From an uncultured Chloroflexia bacterium (GTDB taxonomy: Bacteria > Chloroflexota > Limnocylindria > Limnocylindrales > CSP1-4), in assembly GCA_963833285.1 (NCBI GenBank), contig CAWHXM010000002.1:93446-157445 (forward strand): a DNA stretch of 64,000 nt. Reading direction: 5' to 3'. Within the stretch, counting starts at the first letter, position 1; each line of letters starts with the position of its first letter. Under the pieces are notes generated by a model. The model did not search any database. It was not told the origin of the DNA and was given only the letters and a program-made list of their open reading frames with translations. A program made the translations under genes and the position numbers. Positions 17,586 to 28,186 of this stretch are shown here, piece by piece.

Positions 17586-18863
17586 CTACACGCGCGGCAG
17601 TCCCCACAGCATCTGATAGAGGACTCCGGCACGGCCGTTGTCATCGAACGCACCGAAGGTCATCGTCGGGACGTCCGGGTCGTCGGCGTCCACGAGGAAC
17701 GTCGCAGCATCGATCGGGAGCGCCTCGATCGTGCCGCCCTCGCTCTCGATGACGAGCCCGCCGTCGGTGGCCGTCACGTCGACGCGACGGTCCGGCCACG
17801 CGTAGGTGCCGACGAAGCGAGTGAGATCGCCGGCCGCGCCGTGGGACGGCTCGAGCCCGAGCCCCGGGACGCCGATGCCGAACCACTCCTTCATGAGGTC
17901 GGCAACGAGCGACCGGTACATCGCGCGCCCCGACGAGCCGTTGATGAGCAGGACCAGGGCGCCGCGGCGCTCCGGCAGGATCCGCAGGATCGAACGGTGT
18001 CCCTCGATGAGCCCGTCCCATCCCCACGCGGGGCCGCCCTCCCAGTCGAACCGCGCCCACCCGAGACACCAGGCATCGAGCCAGGCGTGGATCCGGACGT
18101 CCCCCTGCGCGACCCGCATCATCGCGAGGGACGGATCGTCGAGATGCGCGATCGCCAGACGCATCAGGTCGTTGACCGTCGACAGCAGCGTGCTGCCCGC
18201 CGGACCGAGGCCTCGCGGTGCCCAGGGCTCGACCGGCATGGGACCGTCGGCCGTGATGTCGTAGCTCGAGGCGCGAGGCTCGGCGATCGGCCAGGTCGTG
18301 AAGGTCGTCTGATCCATGGCAAGGGGAGCGAGCAGGCTGGCCTGCATCGCGTCCTCCCAGGTGAGCCCGGTGAGGGTCTCGATCGCGCGGCCGAGCAGGC
18401 ACCAACCCACGTTCGTATAGGACCAGATCCTGGCCGTCGGTCGTCCCGTGGCGATCTCCGCCGCCAGGCGCGACAACGCGTCGTCCTCGTCGCCCCCGAA
18501 CCCGGAGAACTCGAGCTCCGCGCGCAGCGGCAGCCGTGAGCGATTCGCGAGCAGGTCGCGCACGGTGACGCGCGCTCCCCAGCCGGCGCTCCGCAGCTCA
18601 GGCACGTGCGCCGCCGCCGGATCGTCCAGCCCCAAGCGGCCGTCCGCGGCAAGACGCGCAAGGGCCGTCGCGACCATCGGCTTTGCCAGCGAACCGATGG
18701 CGAAGCGCGTCTCGGCAGTCACCGGCTCGCCCGACGTCAGGTCGGCGATCCCGCTGTACGCCGTGATCAGCTCCCCTTCGCGGAGGACGCCGATCGCCGC
18801 GCCCGGCACCGAATGGGCTGACGCGTGTTCGCGGAGCAGGTTCGCCAGCTCGAGCTCGCTCAC
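17586..18863 (-). CDS. Serine hydrolase, class C beta-lactamase/PBP-like family
   Basis: 425 aa. Carries the SxxK motif (FAIGSLAKPM) and a YxN-type motif (WSYTNVG), with a beta-lactamase-like N-terminal domain plus a C-terminal lipocalin-like extension. Confidence 0.85.
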   Translation of the reverse strand: MSELELANLLREHASAHSVPGAAIGVLREGELITAYSGIADLTSGEPVTAETRFAIGSLAKPMVATALARLAADGRLGLDDPAAAHVPELRSAGWGARVTVRDLLANRSRLPLRAELEFSGFGGDEDDALSRLAAEIATGRPTARIWSYTNVGWCLLGRAIETLTGLTWEDAMQASLLAPLAMDQTTFTTWPIAEPRASSYDITADGPMPVEPWAPRGLGPAGSTLLSTVNDLMRLAIAHLDDPSLAMMRVAQGDVRIHAWLDAWCLGWARFDWEGGPAWGWDGLIEGHRSILRILPERRGALVLLINGSSGRAMYRSLVADLMKEWFGIGVPGLGLEPSHGAAGDLTRFVGTYAWPDRRVDVTATDGGLVIESEGGTIEALPIDAATFLVDADDPDVPTMTFGAFDDNGRAGVLYQMLWGLPRV

Positions 18864-18913
18864 CCGGCAACTCTATGACGGTCCGGCTCGGTGCTACGCT
18901 GGCATAGCAAGTT

Positions 18914-19714
18914 ATGAGCGCCGATCACGCTCCCGTTATGGCGCCACCAGCGGCCGGTGACGCGCGCGTAGTGCCGACTGACGCGTCCGCGGCGAGCGAC
19001 CATCCGCACGCGCCCAGCCCGACCGCGGAAGCCATCCGCATCGAGCTCGCCGAGGCCTGGGGCGAGATGGGCGCGGCCTGGGGCGTGACCCCGGCGATCG
19101 CCCGCGTCCAGGGGTATCTGATGGCCCGCCAGGAACCCCTGACTGAACGTGAGGTCCGCGAGGCGCTCGGCCTGAGCCACCGTGCCGCGAGCCTGGCCCT
19201 CGCCGAAGCCGAGGCATGGGGCATCGTCGAGCGCGTCCCCGAGCCGCGTCGGGTCGGTCGCCGGGGTCCGGCCGGCACGGCATATCTCGCGGTCGGTGAT
19301 CACTGGCAGTGGTTCGGGCGGGTCATCGCCGAGCGCAAGGTCCGCGAGGGCGACCCGATCATCGCGGTCCTCGAATCGAAGGAGCATGAGGCTGCGGCCG
19401 CGCTCGCGGCGCATCCCGACGACCGCGAGCTGGCCTCGCTCCGCGAATGGCTGTCGGCGTTCCTCGTCTTCGTCCGGTTGTTCGATCGGGCGGTCGGTCT
19501 CGTGCCGCAGCTGGAGCCGCGCGAGCTCGAGCGGTCGCTCCAGCTCCTCGGCCGCATCCCGGATTCGACGATCCTGCGCCTGTTCGACCTGCTCGGCGGG
19601 CTCCCGGACCAGGACGTGATCGACCTCGTCGATGCCCTGTCGCGGCTCTCGCCGGCGGCGGCGCGTCGAGCCACCAAGCTGATGTCGGGGGTCGTCCGGA
19701 CCGTCGCCCGCTAG
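18914..19714 (+). CDS. Winged-helix transcriptional regulator, GbsR/MarR-like
   Basis: 266 aa. ARVQGYLMARQEPLTEREVREALGLSHRAASLALAEAEAWGIVERV is the GbsR/MarR-type wHTH. Divergent from the beta-lactamase-like gene. The start could be a later Met. Confidence 0.7.
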   Translation: MSADHAPVMAPPAAGDARVVPTDASAASDHPHAPSPTAEAIRIELAEAWGEMGAAWGVTPAIARVQGYLMARQEPLTEREVREALGLSHRAASLALAEAEAWGIVERVPEPRRVGRRGPAGTAYLAVGDHWQWFGRVIAERKVREGDPIIAVLESKEHEAAAALAAHPDDRELASLREWLSAFLVFVRLFDRAVGLVPQLEPRELERSLQLLGRIPDSTILRLFDLLGGLPDQDVIDLVDALSRLSPAAARRATKLMSGVVRTVAR

Positions 19715-19723
19715 CATGTCGCG

Positions 19724-20224
19724 GTGACCGAACCGCGCGCGGATCGTCCCCACGTCCCCGGTTACGGCGTCCCGACCGCGACCGAGGGCATGCTCGCCTG
19801 GTCGTGGGCGGTCGAGCGCCTCGAAGCGGCCATCGTCTACTGGCTCGCGACGACCGGCGCCGACGGCGCGCCGCACGTGATCCCGATCTGGGGTGCCTGG
19901 GTCGACGGCCGGTGGTACGTCGAGGGTGGCCCGACCCGCTGGCAGCGGAACCTGCGCGAGAACCCCCGGATGGCCGTCCACATCGAGATCGGCGATGAGG
20001 TCGTGATCGTCGAAGGCGTGGCGGTGGAGCATGTCGCCCCGCCGTCCGCGCTGGCCGACGCCATCCTGGCGGGCTACGCCAAGTACCGCGCAGCGAAGGA
20101 CTACGAGGCGAGCGCCGACAACTGGGCGCAAGGTGGCCTCTGGGAGCTGCGCCCGGTCAAGGCGTTCGCCTGGTCCGTCTTCCCGGACGACATGACCCGA
20201 TTCCGGTTCGATCGCGACCCTTGA
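19724..20224 (+). CDS. Pyridoxamine 5'-phosphate oxidase-like (FMN/F420-binding split-barrel) protein
   Basis: 166 aa with a GTG start. The YWLATTGADGAPHVIPIWGAWVDGRWYVEGGPTRWQRNLRENPRMAVHIE pattern is typical of the PNPOx-like family. Confidence 0.75.
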   Translation: MTEPRADRPHVPGYGVPTATEGMLAWSWAVERLEAAIVYWLATTGADGAPHVIPIWGAWVDGRWYVEGGPTRWQRNLRENPRMAVHIEIGDEVVIVEGVAVEHVAPPSALADAILAGYAKYRAAKDYEASADNWAQGGLWELRPVKAFAWSVFPDDMTRFRFDRDP

Positions 20225-20253
20225 ATCCACGTTGCGGAAAATCCGCGGGCTCG

Positions 20254-20262
20254 TGAGATAAT
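20254..20262 (+). promoter_or_regulatory. Candidate extended -10 promoter element (TGAGATAAT) upstream of pdxS
   Basis: An AT-rich TGnGATAAT stands out in a GC-rich gap about 100 nt upstream of the pdxS ATG. A weak TTGCGG lies 19 nt upstream. This is a sequence-only guess. Confidence 0.3.
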
Positions 20263-20361
20263 CCCGGCGCGCGAGGGGCTCGGCCGACTCGAACGGGCGA
20301 CGACCCCGGGGCCAGACCCGGCCGGCGATCCGAGCGCGCCAACCAAAGGGATCCCCGCAAC

Positions 20362-21249
20362 ATGACCGTCGAGACGTCCACCTGGGCCACCAAGAAGGGT
20401 CTGGCCCAGATGCTCAAGGGCGGCGTCATCATGGACGTCGTCACGCCAGATCAGGCCAAGGTCGCCGAGGAGGCCGGCGCGGTCGCCGTCATGGCCCTCG
20501 AGCGCGTGCCGGCCGACATCCGCGCCACCGGTGGCGTGGCCCGCATGTCCGACCCGGAGATGATCACCGGGATCATGGACGCCGTGACCATCCCGGTCAT
20601 GGCCAAGGCGCGCATCGGCCATTTCGTCGAGGCGCAGGTCCTCGAGGCACTCGGCGTCGACTACATCGACGAGTCCGAGGTCCTCACCCCGGCCGACGAG
20701 CGCAACCACATCGACAAGCACGCCTTCAAGGTGCCCTTCGTATGCGGCTGCCGAAACCTCGGCGAGGCGCTGCGGCGGATCAACGAGGGCGCCGCGATGA
20801 TGCGGACCAAGGGCGAGGCCGGCACCGGCAACATCGTCGAGGCGGTCCACCAGCTGCGCGACGTGCTGTCCGACATCCGCCGCCTGCAGGGCATGCGCGA
20901 GGACGAGCTGTTCGTGGCCGCGAAGGAGCTTGGCGCGCCCTACGAGCTGGTCCGCGACGTGGCCGCCAACGGTCGCCTTCCGGTCGTCAACTTCGTCGCC
21001 GGTGGGATCAGCACGCCGGCCGACGCTGCGCTCGTCATGCAGCTCGGGGCGGAGGGTGTCTTCGTCGGTTCGGGCATCTTCAAGAGCGAGGACCCGGCTC
21101 GGATGGCCAACGCCATCGTCCAGGCGACGACGTTCTTCGACGACCCGAAGAAGATCGCCGAGGTCTCCAAGGGCCTGGGAGCCCCGATGCGCGGGATCGC
21201 CCTCGAGGAGATCCCCGCCCAGGAGCGGCTCGCCGTTCGCGGCTGGTAG
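20362..21249 (+). CDS. pdxS: Pyridoxal 5'-phosphate synthase, lyase subunit
   Basis: 295 aa. [44 protein letters not shown]... is nearly invariant PdxS sequence. Confidence 0.97.
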   Translation: MTVETSTWATKKGLAQMLKGGVIMDVVTPDQAKVAEEAGAVAVMALERVPADIRATGGVARMSDPEMITGIMDAVTIPVMAKARIGHFVEAQVLEALGVDYIDESEVLTPADERNHIDKHAFKVPFVCGCRNLGEALRRINEGAAMMRTKGEAGTGNIVEAVHQLRDVLSDIRRLQGMREDELFVAAKELGAPYELVRDVAANGRLPVVNFVAGGISTPADAALVMQLGAEGVFVGSGIFKSEDPARMANAIVQATTFFDDPKKIAEVSKGLGAPMRGIALEEIPAQERLAVRGW

Positions 21250-21357
21250 GCGGGCGAACGACGACCCCGCGAGCGTTCCAGCCATGAAGATCGGTGTGCT
21301 CGCATCCTCGCGGCGATGGCTAGCAGGGGCGTCGCCTCGCCACTCCGAGAGGCTGCC

Positions 21358-22014
21358 ATGAGGATCGGCGTTCTGTCCTTGCAAGGGGCATTTCGTGAGC
21401 ACCTCGACACGCTCCACGCCATCGGCGTCGAGGGCGTCCGCGTGCGTGAGCCGGCCGATCTCGTCGACGTCAGCGGGCTGATCCTGCCCGGCGGCGAGAG
21501 CACCACGATGCGCCAGCTCATCGACCGCTGGGGCCTTCACGAGCCGATCATGGATCTCGCCGAGCGCGGCGCCCCGATCTTCGGGACGTGCGCCGGGATG
21601 ATCGTCCTGGCGACCGAGATCGCGGGTGGCGAGACGCCGATCCTGCCCCTGCTCGACGTCACTGTGGAACGCAACGCGTTCGGTCGGCAGCTGGAGTCAT
21701 TCGAGGCCGAGCTCGACGTCCCGGTCCTCGGCCGGACCCCGGTCCACGCCGTCTTCATCCGTGCCCCGATCATCGACCGGACGGGTACGGGCGTGGACGT
21801 CCTCGCCAGGCTGGACGACGGCCGGGTCGTGGCCGTCCGGCAGCGCAACATCATCGCCACGGCGTTCCACCCGGAGCTGGCCGGCGAGACGCGCTTCCAT
21901 CGGCTCGTGGCGACCATGGCGGCCGAACACGACGACCCGGGCGAGGGATCGGGACGGCGGCCACATCCGACGCGTCGATCGATCGCGGCCCGCCACGACG
22001 AGGCCTCGCGATGA
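21358..22014 (+). CDS. pdxT: Pyridoxal 5'-phosphate synthase, glutaminase subunit
   Basis: Start moved to ATG 21358 (MRIGVLSLQGAFREH). Contains LPGGESTT, the catalytic Cys in GTCAGMI, and FHPEL. Confidence 0.93.
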   Translation: MRIGVLSLQGAFREHLDTLHAIGVEGVRVREPADLVDVSGLILPGGESTTMRQLIDRWGLHEPIMDLAERGAPIFGTCAGMIVLATEIAGGETPILPLLDVTVERNAFGRQLESFEAELDVPVLGRTPVHAVFIRAPIIDRTGTGVDVLARLDDGRVVAVRQRNIIATAFHPELAGETRFHRLVATMAAEHDDPGEGSGRRPHPTRRSIAARHDEASR

Positions 22015-23078
22015 GCGCGATGCGAGCGCCGCGCAGCAGCGGCAAGGTCCGGGCCGCTCGATTGACGGACCTCGCCGCGCTCGGGGAGCTGTCACGGCTG
22101 TGCCAGTCGGACAGCGCCGAGACGCGCTCGCTCGGCCTCCCGGTCAACGGGCCGCCGATCGGGGTGTTCAGCCTGTTCCGCCTGCCCCTCGGCGCCTTCC
22201 GCCCGAACGACCTGATGTTCGTGTACGAGGAGGACGGCAGGATCGCCGGCTTGGTCCGGGTCGAGCGCGAGGCGGTGCGCGATGAATGGACGATCGTGGA
22301 GCTCGACGCCGTCGGGCTCGCCAACGCGGGCGATATCCGCTACCGGCTCGTCCAGCAGCTTCTGCGCGAGGGTGCGAAGCGCGCCGCTGCGCGGTTCCAC
22401 GTCGCCTGCGCGGATGCCGACGGGAACGTCGAGCTGCTCATGCAGGCGGGCTTCATGCGCTACGGCGAGGAGCACGTCCTGGTCCGGGCGGCCGACAAGG
22501 CATTGCCCGACCCCTGGTCGGACGAGCGGGCGGCCGGCTGCCACATCCGGCCGACGACCTCGCTCGACGCGCTGCCCCTCGCCCGGCTCTACGGCGTTGC
22601 GACGCCGACGCCGGTCGCCCGCCTCGAGGCCATCCGCCTGGCCGACTGGGAGCGGCAGGGGAGCCACTGGCGCGTTCCGCGCTCGAGCCTCACCCCGATC
22701 CTGCGCTTCGCCGACGTGGAGGGCTTTGTGCAGGCCTCGCCGGGCGGCGGCAAGGACGGGACGCAGCTCGATGGGTTCATCCAGATCGGCGTCGCCAAGG
22801 AAGACCAGCCGCACTATCTGAAGGTCGTCGCTCGGCCCGACGCCGACATGTCCGACCTCATCGACTTCGGCCTGGGGGTCATCGCCGCACGGACGACCCG
22901 CGGCGGCGACCATCGCCCGGAGCACGGCGTCATCGCACCCGTGCGAACCTACGAATCACCGATCGACCGCCGGCTCGAGGAGGCGGGCTTCGAATCGATC
23001 GCCAGGGTCAACCTGTTGATGAAGGAAACCCTCGTCCGTGTCGCCGAGCCGGCCCTCGTGCCGGCCGGCGTCCGCTAA
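22011..23078 (+). CDS. GNAT-like acetyltransferase-fold protein (two-domain), function unknown
   Basis: ATG 22011 overlaps the pdxT stop (ATGA). The N-terminal half (VYEEDGRIAGLVRVEREAVRDEWTIVELDAV...RLVQQLLREGAKRAAARFHVACADADGNVELLMQAGF) resembles a GNAT fold. Confidence 0.6.
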   Translation: MSAMRAPRSSGKVRAARLTDLAALGELSRLCQSDSAETRSLGLPVNGPPIGVFSLFRLPLGAFRPNDLMFVYEEDGRIAGLVRVEREAVRDEWTIVELDAVGLANAGDIRYRLVQQLLREGAKRAAARFHVACADADGNVELLMQAGFMRYGEEHVLVRAADKALPDPWSDERAAGCHIRPTTSLDALPLARLYGVATPTPVARLEAIRLADWERQGSHWRVPRSSLTPILRFADVEGFVQASPGGGKDGTQLDGFIQIGVAKEDQPHYLKVVARPDADMSDLIDFGLGVIAARTTRGGDHRPEHGVIAPVRTYESPIDRRLEEAGFESIARVNLLMKETLVRVAEPALVPAGVR

Positions 23079-23090
23079 GTGGAGGCTCGC

Positions 23091-25178
23091 GTGGAATCAG
23101 GTGAGCGCCCCCGTGAATCGATCGACGATCTCGACGCCCTGCTCGCATCGCTGCCGCCCGAGATCGTGGTGGCGGTCCATGCCCTCCCCGAGCGGTCGGC
23201 GCTGATCGAGGTCGTCATGGACCTCGGTCGGCAGCCGGAGGCGCGCTTCCCCGATTCGGAGGTGAGCCTGCTGGCGCGCGAGATCGTCGAGGCGGACATC
23301 GCCTTCGTGGTCGAGCACATCGGGACGTTCGGTGACGACAACCGGGCCGGCATCGAGCGGACGCTCCACCGCATCAGCGCCATCCGCAACCGCAACGGCA
23401 AGATCGTGGGGTTGACCTGCCGGATCGGCCGCGCGGTCTTTGGGACGATCGAGATCATCAACGACTTCGTCGAGACCGGGAAGTCGATCCTGATCATGGG
23501 CCGCCCGGGCATCGGCAAGACGACGATGCTGCGCGAGGCCGCACGCGTCCTGGCCGACGACATGGGCAAGCGCGTCGTCGTCGTCGACACCAGCAACGAG
23601 ATCGCCGGCGACGGCGACATCCCGCACCCGGCCATCGGCAAGGCCCGCCGGATGCAGGTCCGCACGCCGTCGCTCCAGCACGAAGTGATGATCGAGGCAG
23701 TCGAGAACCACATGCCCCAGGTCATCATCATCGACGAGATCGGGACCGAGCTCGAGGCCCAGGCCGCGCGGACCATCGCCGAGCGCGGCGTCCAGCTCAT
23801 CGGCACGGCGCACGGCAACAACCTCGACAACCTCATGCTCAACCCGACCCTGTCCGACCTCATCGGTGGGATCCAGAGCGTGACCCTCGGCGACGAGGAG
23901 GCGCGTCGGCGGCGGACGCAGAAGAGCGTGCTCGAGCGCAAGGCGCCACCGACCTTCGACGTCATCGTCGAGATCCAGGACCGCGAGCGGGTGACCGTCC
24001 ACGCCGACGTCGCGGACACCGTCGACGCGATGCTGCGCGGCGACCCGGTCGCCCCCGAGCTGCGCTGGCGCGACGAGGAGGGCGTCCACCGATCGCAGGG
24101 CCGGCCGCGGCCATCCCCGCGCGAGCAGCTTGGCGCGGAGCGCTTCGCCGGGCTCGTCGGCGCCGGCTCACCATGGCGGATGGAGCCCGGCTGGCGCGGC
24201 GACACGACCTACCGCGGCGGCGGCTACCGCGAAGCGGAGCGCGGGTCTGGGGTGCGGCCCGGCTATCGGCCCGGCGCGACCGGTGGCTGGCGGTCCTCGC
24301 GTGGCGGCTCCGGCCGTGAGCCGGCGACGCGAGGTCCCTCAGCGGAGGGTGGCTGGGCCGGCACGCTCCCCGGTGAGCAATTCGACTCGCCGCCGGCGAC
24401 GGGTCGCGGCGGGGCGGCCGTGTCCGAGGCGCCGTTCGTTGCCGGCGATCTGGCCGACCGCGGACCGCTGGAGCGCGGGGCGCCGCTGACGGCGGCCGAG
24501 ACGCGTGCGCGCGAGGCGCGCGAGCTCCAGCGCCAGAAGGCGTGGAGCGAACAGGCCAGCCGGGCCCTGTCGGCGATGAAGGCCGAGGACGGGACCGGGC
24601 CGGTCAACGTCGACGACCTGGAGGACGACGACCTCGACCGGCTGCCGCTCGGGGCCGAGGAGGGGCCCGACGGGGGGACGGTGCTCGTCCGGGGCGGTTC
24701 ACCGCTGCCGACGTTGCGCGTCCTGCCGCAGGGGATCAGCCGCAAGCGCCTCGAACAGGCCGTCCGCGACCTGCAGCTGCCCGTCGTCATCGCCCGCGAC
24801 GTCGACGAGGCCGACGTGGTCATGACCCTGCGTAACGAGTACAAGCAGAAGACCCCGATGCTCCGCGATGCCGAGGACCGGGCCGTCCCGATCTATGTCC
24901 TCAAGAGCAACACGATCCCGCAGATGCAGTCGACGCTGACGTCGATCTTCTCGCTCGAGATCGATCCGCGCGAGGCCGCGATGCGCGAGACCGAGGACGC
25001 CATCGAATCGGTGCTGTCGTCGTCCGAGGCGGTCGAGCTGTCACCCCAGAACGCCTATATCCGGCGGCTCCAGCACCAGATGGCGGAGCGTGCGAACCTC
25101 GTCTCGCGGTCGCGCGGGCGCGAACCGTACCGGCGCGTCCGGCTGTACCCCGACGCGGCGCGCAGCGGCTGGCGGTGA
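23091..25178 (+). CDS. SpoIIIAA/Ycf45-like AAA ATPase with C-terminal R3H nucleic-acid-binding domain
   Basis: Walker [10 protein letters not shown] and Walker [10 protein letters not shown], plus AHGNNL. A long Arg/Gly-rich linker is followed by the C-terminal R3H-type motif [21 protein letters not shown] 23091 has GGAGG 5 nt upstream. An alternative GTG at 23079 directly follows the upstream stop. Confidence 0.85.
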   Translation: MESGERPRESIDDLDALLASLPPEIVVAVHALPERSALIEVVMDLGRQPEARFPDSEVSLLAREIVEADIAFVVEHIGTFGDDNRAGIERTLHRISAIRNRNGKIVGLTCRIGRAVFGTIEIINDFVETGKSILIMGRPGIGKTTMLREAARVLADDMGKRVVVVDTSNEIAGDGDIPHPAIGKARRMQVRTPSLQHEVMIEAVENHMPQVIIIDEIGTELEAQAARTIAERGVQLIGTAHGNNLDNLMLNPTLSDLIGGIQSVTLGDEEARRRRTQKSVLERKAPPTFDVIVEIQDRERVTVHADVADTVDAMLRGDPVAPELRWRDEEGVHRSQGRPRPSPREQLGAERFAGLVGAGSPWRMEPGWRGDTTYRGGGYREAERGSGVRPGYRPGATGGWRSSRGGSGREPATRGPSAEGGWAGTLPGEQFDSPPATGRGGAAVSEAPFVAGDLADRGPLERGAPLTAAETRAREARELQRQKAWSEQASRALSAMKAEDGTGPVNVDDLEDDDLDRLPLGAEEGPDGGTVLVRGGSPLPTLRVLPQGISRKRLEQAVRDLQLPVVIARDVDEADVVMTLRNEYKQKTPMLRDAEDRAVPIYVLKSNTIPQMQSTLTSIFSLEIDPREAAMRETEDAIESVLSSSEAVELSPQNAYIRRLQHQMAERANLVSRSRGREPYRRVRLYPDAARSGWR

Positions 25179-25939
25179 CCGGGCGCCTGAGCCTGGACTT
25201 CATCGGCCACTCGGCCGTCGTCATCGACCTCGACGGGGTCCGCCTGCTTACCGATCCGGTCACCCGCGCCCGGGTCGGCCCCCTGCGCCGTGTCGAGCCG
25301 GTCCCGGCGCGCGACCGGCTGCGCGGCATCGACGCGGTGCTCATCTCGCATCTCCACTGGGACCACCTCGACATCCCGTCGTTGCGCGACCTGGGGCGCG
25401 ATACGCCGATCTTCGTGCCGGCCGGCGCGGGTCCGTGGATGAGGAATGCCGGCTTCACGGCCGTCCGGGAGATCGCCCAGGGCGACACGGTCGACGTCGG
25501 GGGCGTCACGGTCCGTGCCGTGCCGGCGGTCCATTCCGGCTACCGGCCCCCGCTCGGTCCCACGGCGCCGCCGCTCGGGTTCGTCGTGCGCGGCAGCCGC
25601 TCGGTCTACTTCGCGGGTGACACGGACCTGTTCGATGGGATGGGCCAGCTCGGCGAGCCGATCGACGTGGCGCTCATCCCGGTGTGGGGCTGGGGTCCGA
25701 CGCTCGGCCGGGGCCTCCACCTCGATCCGCTGCGGGCCGCCCAGTCGCTCCGACTCATCCGTCCGCGGGCCGCCGTCCCGATCCACTGGGGGACATACTG
25801 GCCGCACGCGCTCGGTCGGGTCTTCCCGGAGCGGCTGGTGGAGCCGCCCGCCGCGTTCGTGGAATACGCGGCCGAGTTGGCGCCGGACGTCCAGACGGCC
25901 CCGACCGCGGTCGGCGACGTGGTGGAGTTGCAGCCGTGA
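25175..25939 (+). CDS. MBL-fold metallo-hydrolase
   Basis: 254 aa. The GTG overlaps the upstream stop (GTGA). Contains the motif [14 protein letters not shown] (HxHxDH) and later YFAGDT. Confidence 0.85.
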   Translation: MTGRLSLDFIGHSAVVIDLDGVRLLTDPVTRARVGPLRRVEPVPARDRLRGIDAVLISHLHWDHLDIPSLRDLGRDTPIFVPAGAGPWMRNAGFTAVREIAQGDTVDVGGVTVRAVPAVHSGYRPPLGPTAPPLGFVVRGSRSVYFAGDTDLFDGMGQLGEPIDVALIPVWGWGPTLGRGLHLDPLRAAQSLRLIRPRAAVPIHWGTYWPHALGRVFPERLVEPPAAFVEYAAELAPDVQTAPTAVGDVVELQP

Positions 25940-26700
25940 CCGATGACGTGACGCGACCGTTCGACGCCCGACCCGGCGGGCCACCACCGGCGGATGCACC
26001 CTTGACCCCGGGCTCGAGCGACGCGACGCCCGACCTGCGCGGCGGACTCCGGCGCCTGAGTCGCGGGCTCATCGCCTACGGGATCATCGGGCTCATCGTG
26101 GCGGGCATCGGCCTGGCCATGCTGCTCTACGCCAACACGCGGATCGACGCCGCCGGCGACCGGCTCGAAGCGACGGTCGGGCAGCTCACCACGACGCTGG
26201 ACGACACCGCCCAGGCGCTCCATGACGCATCCGCGACCGCGGCGACGTTCAACACGACCCTGGACCGGACCCAGGCGGCGGTCGCGGCCGCGGCCAACAC
26301 GATCATCGGCGTGCGGACCAACCTCGAGACGCTCGAGAGCGTCCTGCGGACGGTCAACATCCTCGGCGTCTCGCCGCTCGGCGCCGCCGCGGACGCGGTC
26401 GGCGGGATCGCGAACTCGATCGAAGGGCTCGACTCCCGGCTGACCGCCATCGCCGACGGCCTCGCCACGAACCGTGATTCGCTCGCCGCCAACGCGGCCT
26501 CGCTGGGACGGCTCGGTGACAGCACGGGCGCGATGGCCGAGCGGTTGCGGTCGGGCGTCGTGGAGGATTCGCTGGCCGACGTCCACCTGGCGATCGTGGT
26601 GATGCTGTTCGTGCTGACGGCCTGGGCCGCGGTGCCCGCTATCGGCGCCCTGGTCCTCGGTGTCTGGCTGCGTCGCCAGCTCGAGTCGGCCGGCGGCTAG
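25936..26700 (+). CDS. Hypothetical bitopic/two-TM membrane protein with long helical ectodomain
   Basis: GTG 25936 overlaps the MBL stop (GTGA). TM1 is LIAYGIIGLIVAGIGLAMLLY and TM2 is VHLAIVVMLFVLTAWAAVPAIGALVLGVWL. Between them lie ~170 aa of Ala/Thr/Leu-rich predicted helix. Confidence 0.65.
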   Translation: MTDDVTRPFDARPGGPPPADAPLTPGSSDATPDLRGGLRRLSRGLIAYGIIGLIVAGIGLAMLLYANTRIDAAGDRLEATVGQLTTTLDDTAQALHDASATAATFNTTLDRTQAAVAAAANTIIGVRTNLETLESVLRTVNILGVSPLGAAADAVGGIANSIEGLDSRLTAIADGLATNRDSLAANAASLGRLGDSTGAMAERLRSGVVEDSLADVHLAIVVMLFVLTAWAAVPAIGALVLGVWLRRQLESAGG

Positions 26701-26725
26701 CCGTCCGGCTCACGACCGACCACAG

Positions 26726-28186
26726 CTAGCGCAGCTCGTGCCGCAGGGCAGATCGAGCGGCGTTGAACCCGCCCATGCCGTGGACGCCACCACCGGGTGG
26801 GGTGGACGACGAGCACAGATAGAGCCCGGCGCCGACGCGGTACGGGTCGAGCGTGGGCCACGGCCGGAAGATGAGCTGGCGGATGTCCTGAATGCCGCCG
26901 TTGATGTCACCGCCGACGTAGTTCTCGTCGTACGCACCCATCGCCGCCGGACCATGCGTCGCCCGGGCGAGGACCAGGTCCCGGAACCCGGGCGCGAACC
27001 GCTCGACCTGGGCCTCGATCCGCTCGGTCATGTCCACGGTCGAGCCCGCCGGCACGTGGCAGTACGCCCAGGCTGTCGCCTTGCCGGCCGGCGCCCGCGA
27101 TCGGTCCCACGGCACGTACTGGACGAACAGCACGTAGGGGCGCTCCGGGTGGCGACCGGCGGCGACCTCGGATTCGGCGGCCGCGATCTCCTCGAGCGTC
27201 CCACCGAGGTGGACCGTGGCGGCTCGGCGCGGACCCTCGGCGGCCCACGGCACGGGCCCGTCGAGCGCCCAGTCCACCTTGAACACGCCCGACCCGTAGC
27301 GGAAGCGCTCTGCTCGCCGCCGACTGCGAGGCGGCCAGCGGTCGCCGGCGATTTCGAGGAGCTGACGCGGCGTCACGTCGAGCAGGACAGCGCGGGCCGA
27401 TGGGAGATCGACGAGCGACCCGACGCGCTGGCCGGTCACGAGCTCCCCGCCCTGGGCCTTCAGCTCCGCCACGAGCGCGGCCGCCACCGCGTCCGCCCCG
27501 CCGCGGATCATCGGCCAGCCGACCGCGTGCGCGTAGGTCGCGAGGACCAGTCCGAAGGCGGCACTCACCGGGCGATCGAGGCGGAGCATGGAATGCGCCG
27601 AGATCCCCGCGAACAGCGCGCGCGCCGCCCCGTCGTCGAAGCGTGCCCGCGCCAGCCCCTCCGTCGAGCGGAGCGCGGGCAGGCCGAAGCGCATCAGCGC
27701 AAGCGGATGGCGAGGAACGTGGACGACCGGGCGGAGGATCTCCGCGGCAAGCTTGCGAGCGTCGCGGACGAGCGGCCCGAAGGCCCGAAGCCAGGCACGC
27801 CCATCGGCCCCACCGAGTCCGTTCGCGGTGGCGGCCAGGGATCGCTCGAGGACAGCCGCATGCCTGCCGTCGAGCGGGTGGGCGACCGGCGCGTCCGGGT
27901 GGACGTAGGTGACGCCGTGCGCGGCGAGATCGATCAATTCGAAGAAGGGCGAGGCGACGGTCAGCGGCAGGATCGTCGAGCACACGTCGTGGCGGAAGCC
28001 GGGCAGGGTCAGCTCCGCCGTCCGCATGCCGCCGCCGGCCGTAGCGGCGGCTTCGTAGACACGGACGGAGCGCCCGGCACGGGCCAGCGTGATCGCCGCG
28101 GCCAGGCCGTTGGGTCCGGCCCCCACCACGATCGCGTCGAGGCCGTCCCGTTGTCGCGGGGTCGACAGGCCGGATCGCGAAGCCAC
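26726..28186 (-). CDS. FAD-dependent oxidoreductase, phytoene desaturase (CrtI)-like family
   Basis: Start set to the in-frame GTG at 28186, just before the dinucleotide-binding motif [22 protein letters not shown]. The C-terminal [20 protein letters not shown] is typical of the family. The upstream 118 codons of the track ORF look non-coding. Confidence 0.85.
   Translation of the reverse strand: MASRSGLSTPRQRDGLDAIVVGAGPNGLAAAITLARAGRSVRVYEAAATAGGGMRTAELTLPGFRHDVCSTILPLTVASPFFELIDLAAHGVTYVHPDAPVAHPLDGRHAAVLERSLAATANGLGGADGRAWLRAFGPLVRDARKLAAEILRPVVHVPRHPLALMRFGLPALRSTEGLARARFDDGAARALFAGISAHSMLRLDRPVSAAFGLVLATYAHAVGWPMIRGGADAVAAALVAELKAQGGELVTGQRVGSLVDLPSARAVLLDVTPRQLLEIAGDRWPPRSRRRAERFRYGSGVFKVDWALDGPVPWAAEGPRRAATVHLGGTLEEIAAAESEVAAGRHPERPYVLFVQYVPWDRSRAPAGKATAWAYCHVPAGSTVDMTERIEAQVERFAPGFRDLVLARATHGPAAMGAYDENYVGGDINGGIQDIRQLIFRPWPTLDPYRVGAGLYLCSSSTPPGGGVHGMGGFNAARSALRHELR

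Noticed and set aside
20263-20361. Structured leader or riboswitch upstream of pdxS
   Set aside because: I recognise no known motif and could find no convincing conserved hairpins by eye. Only a possible extended -10 element is reported.
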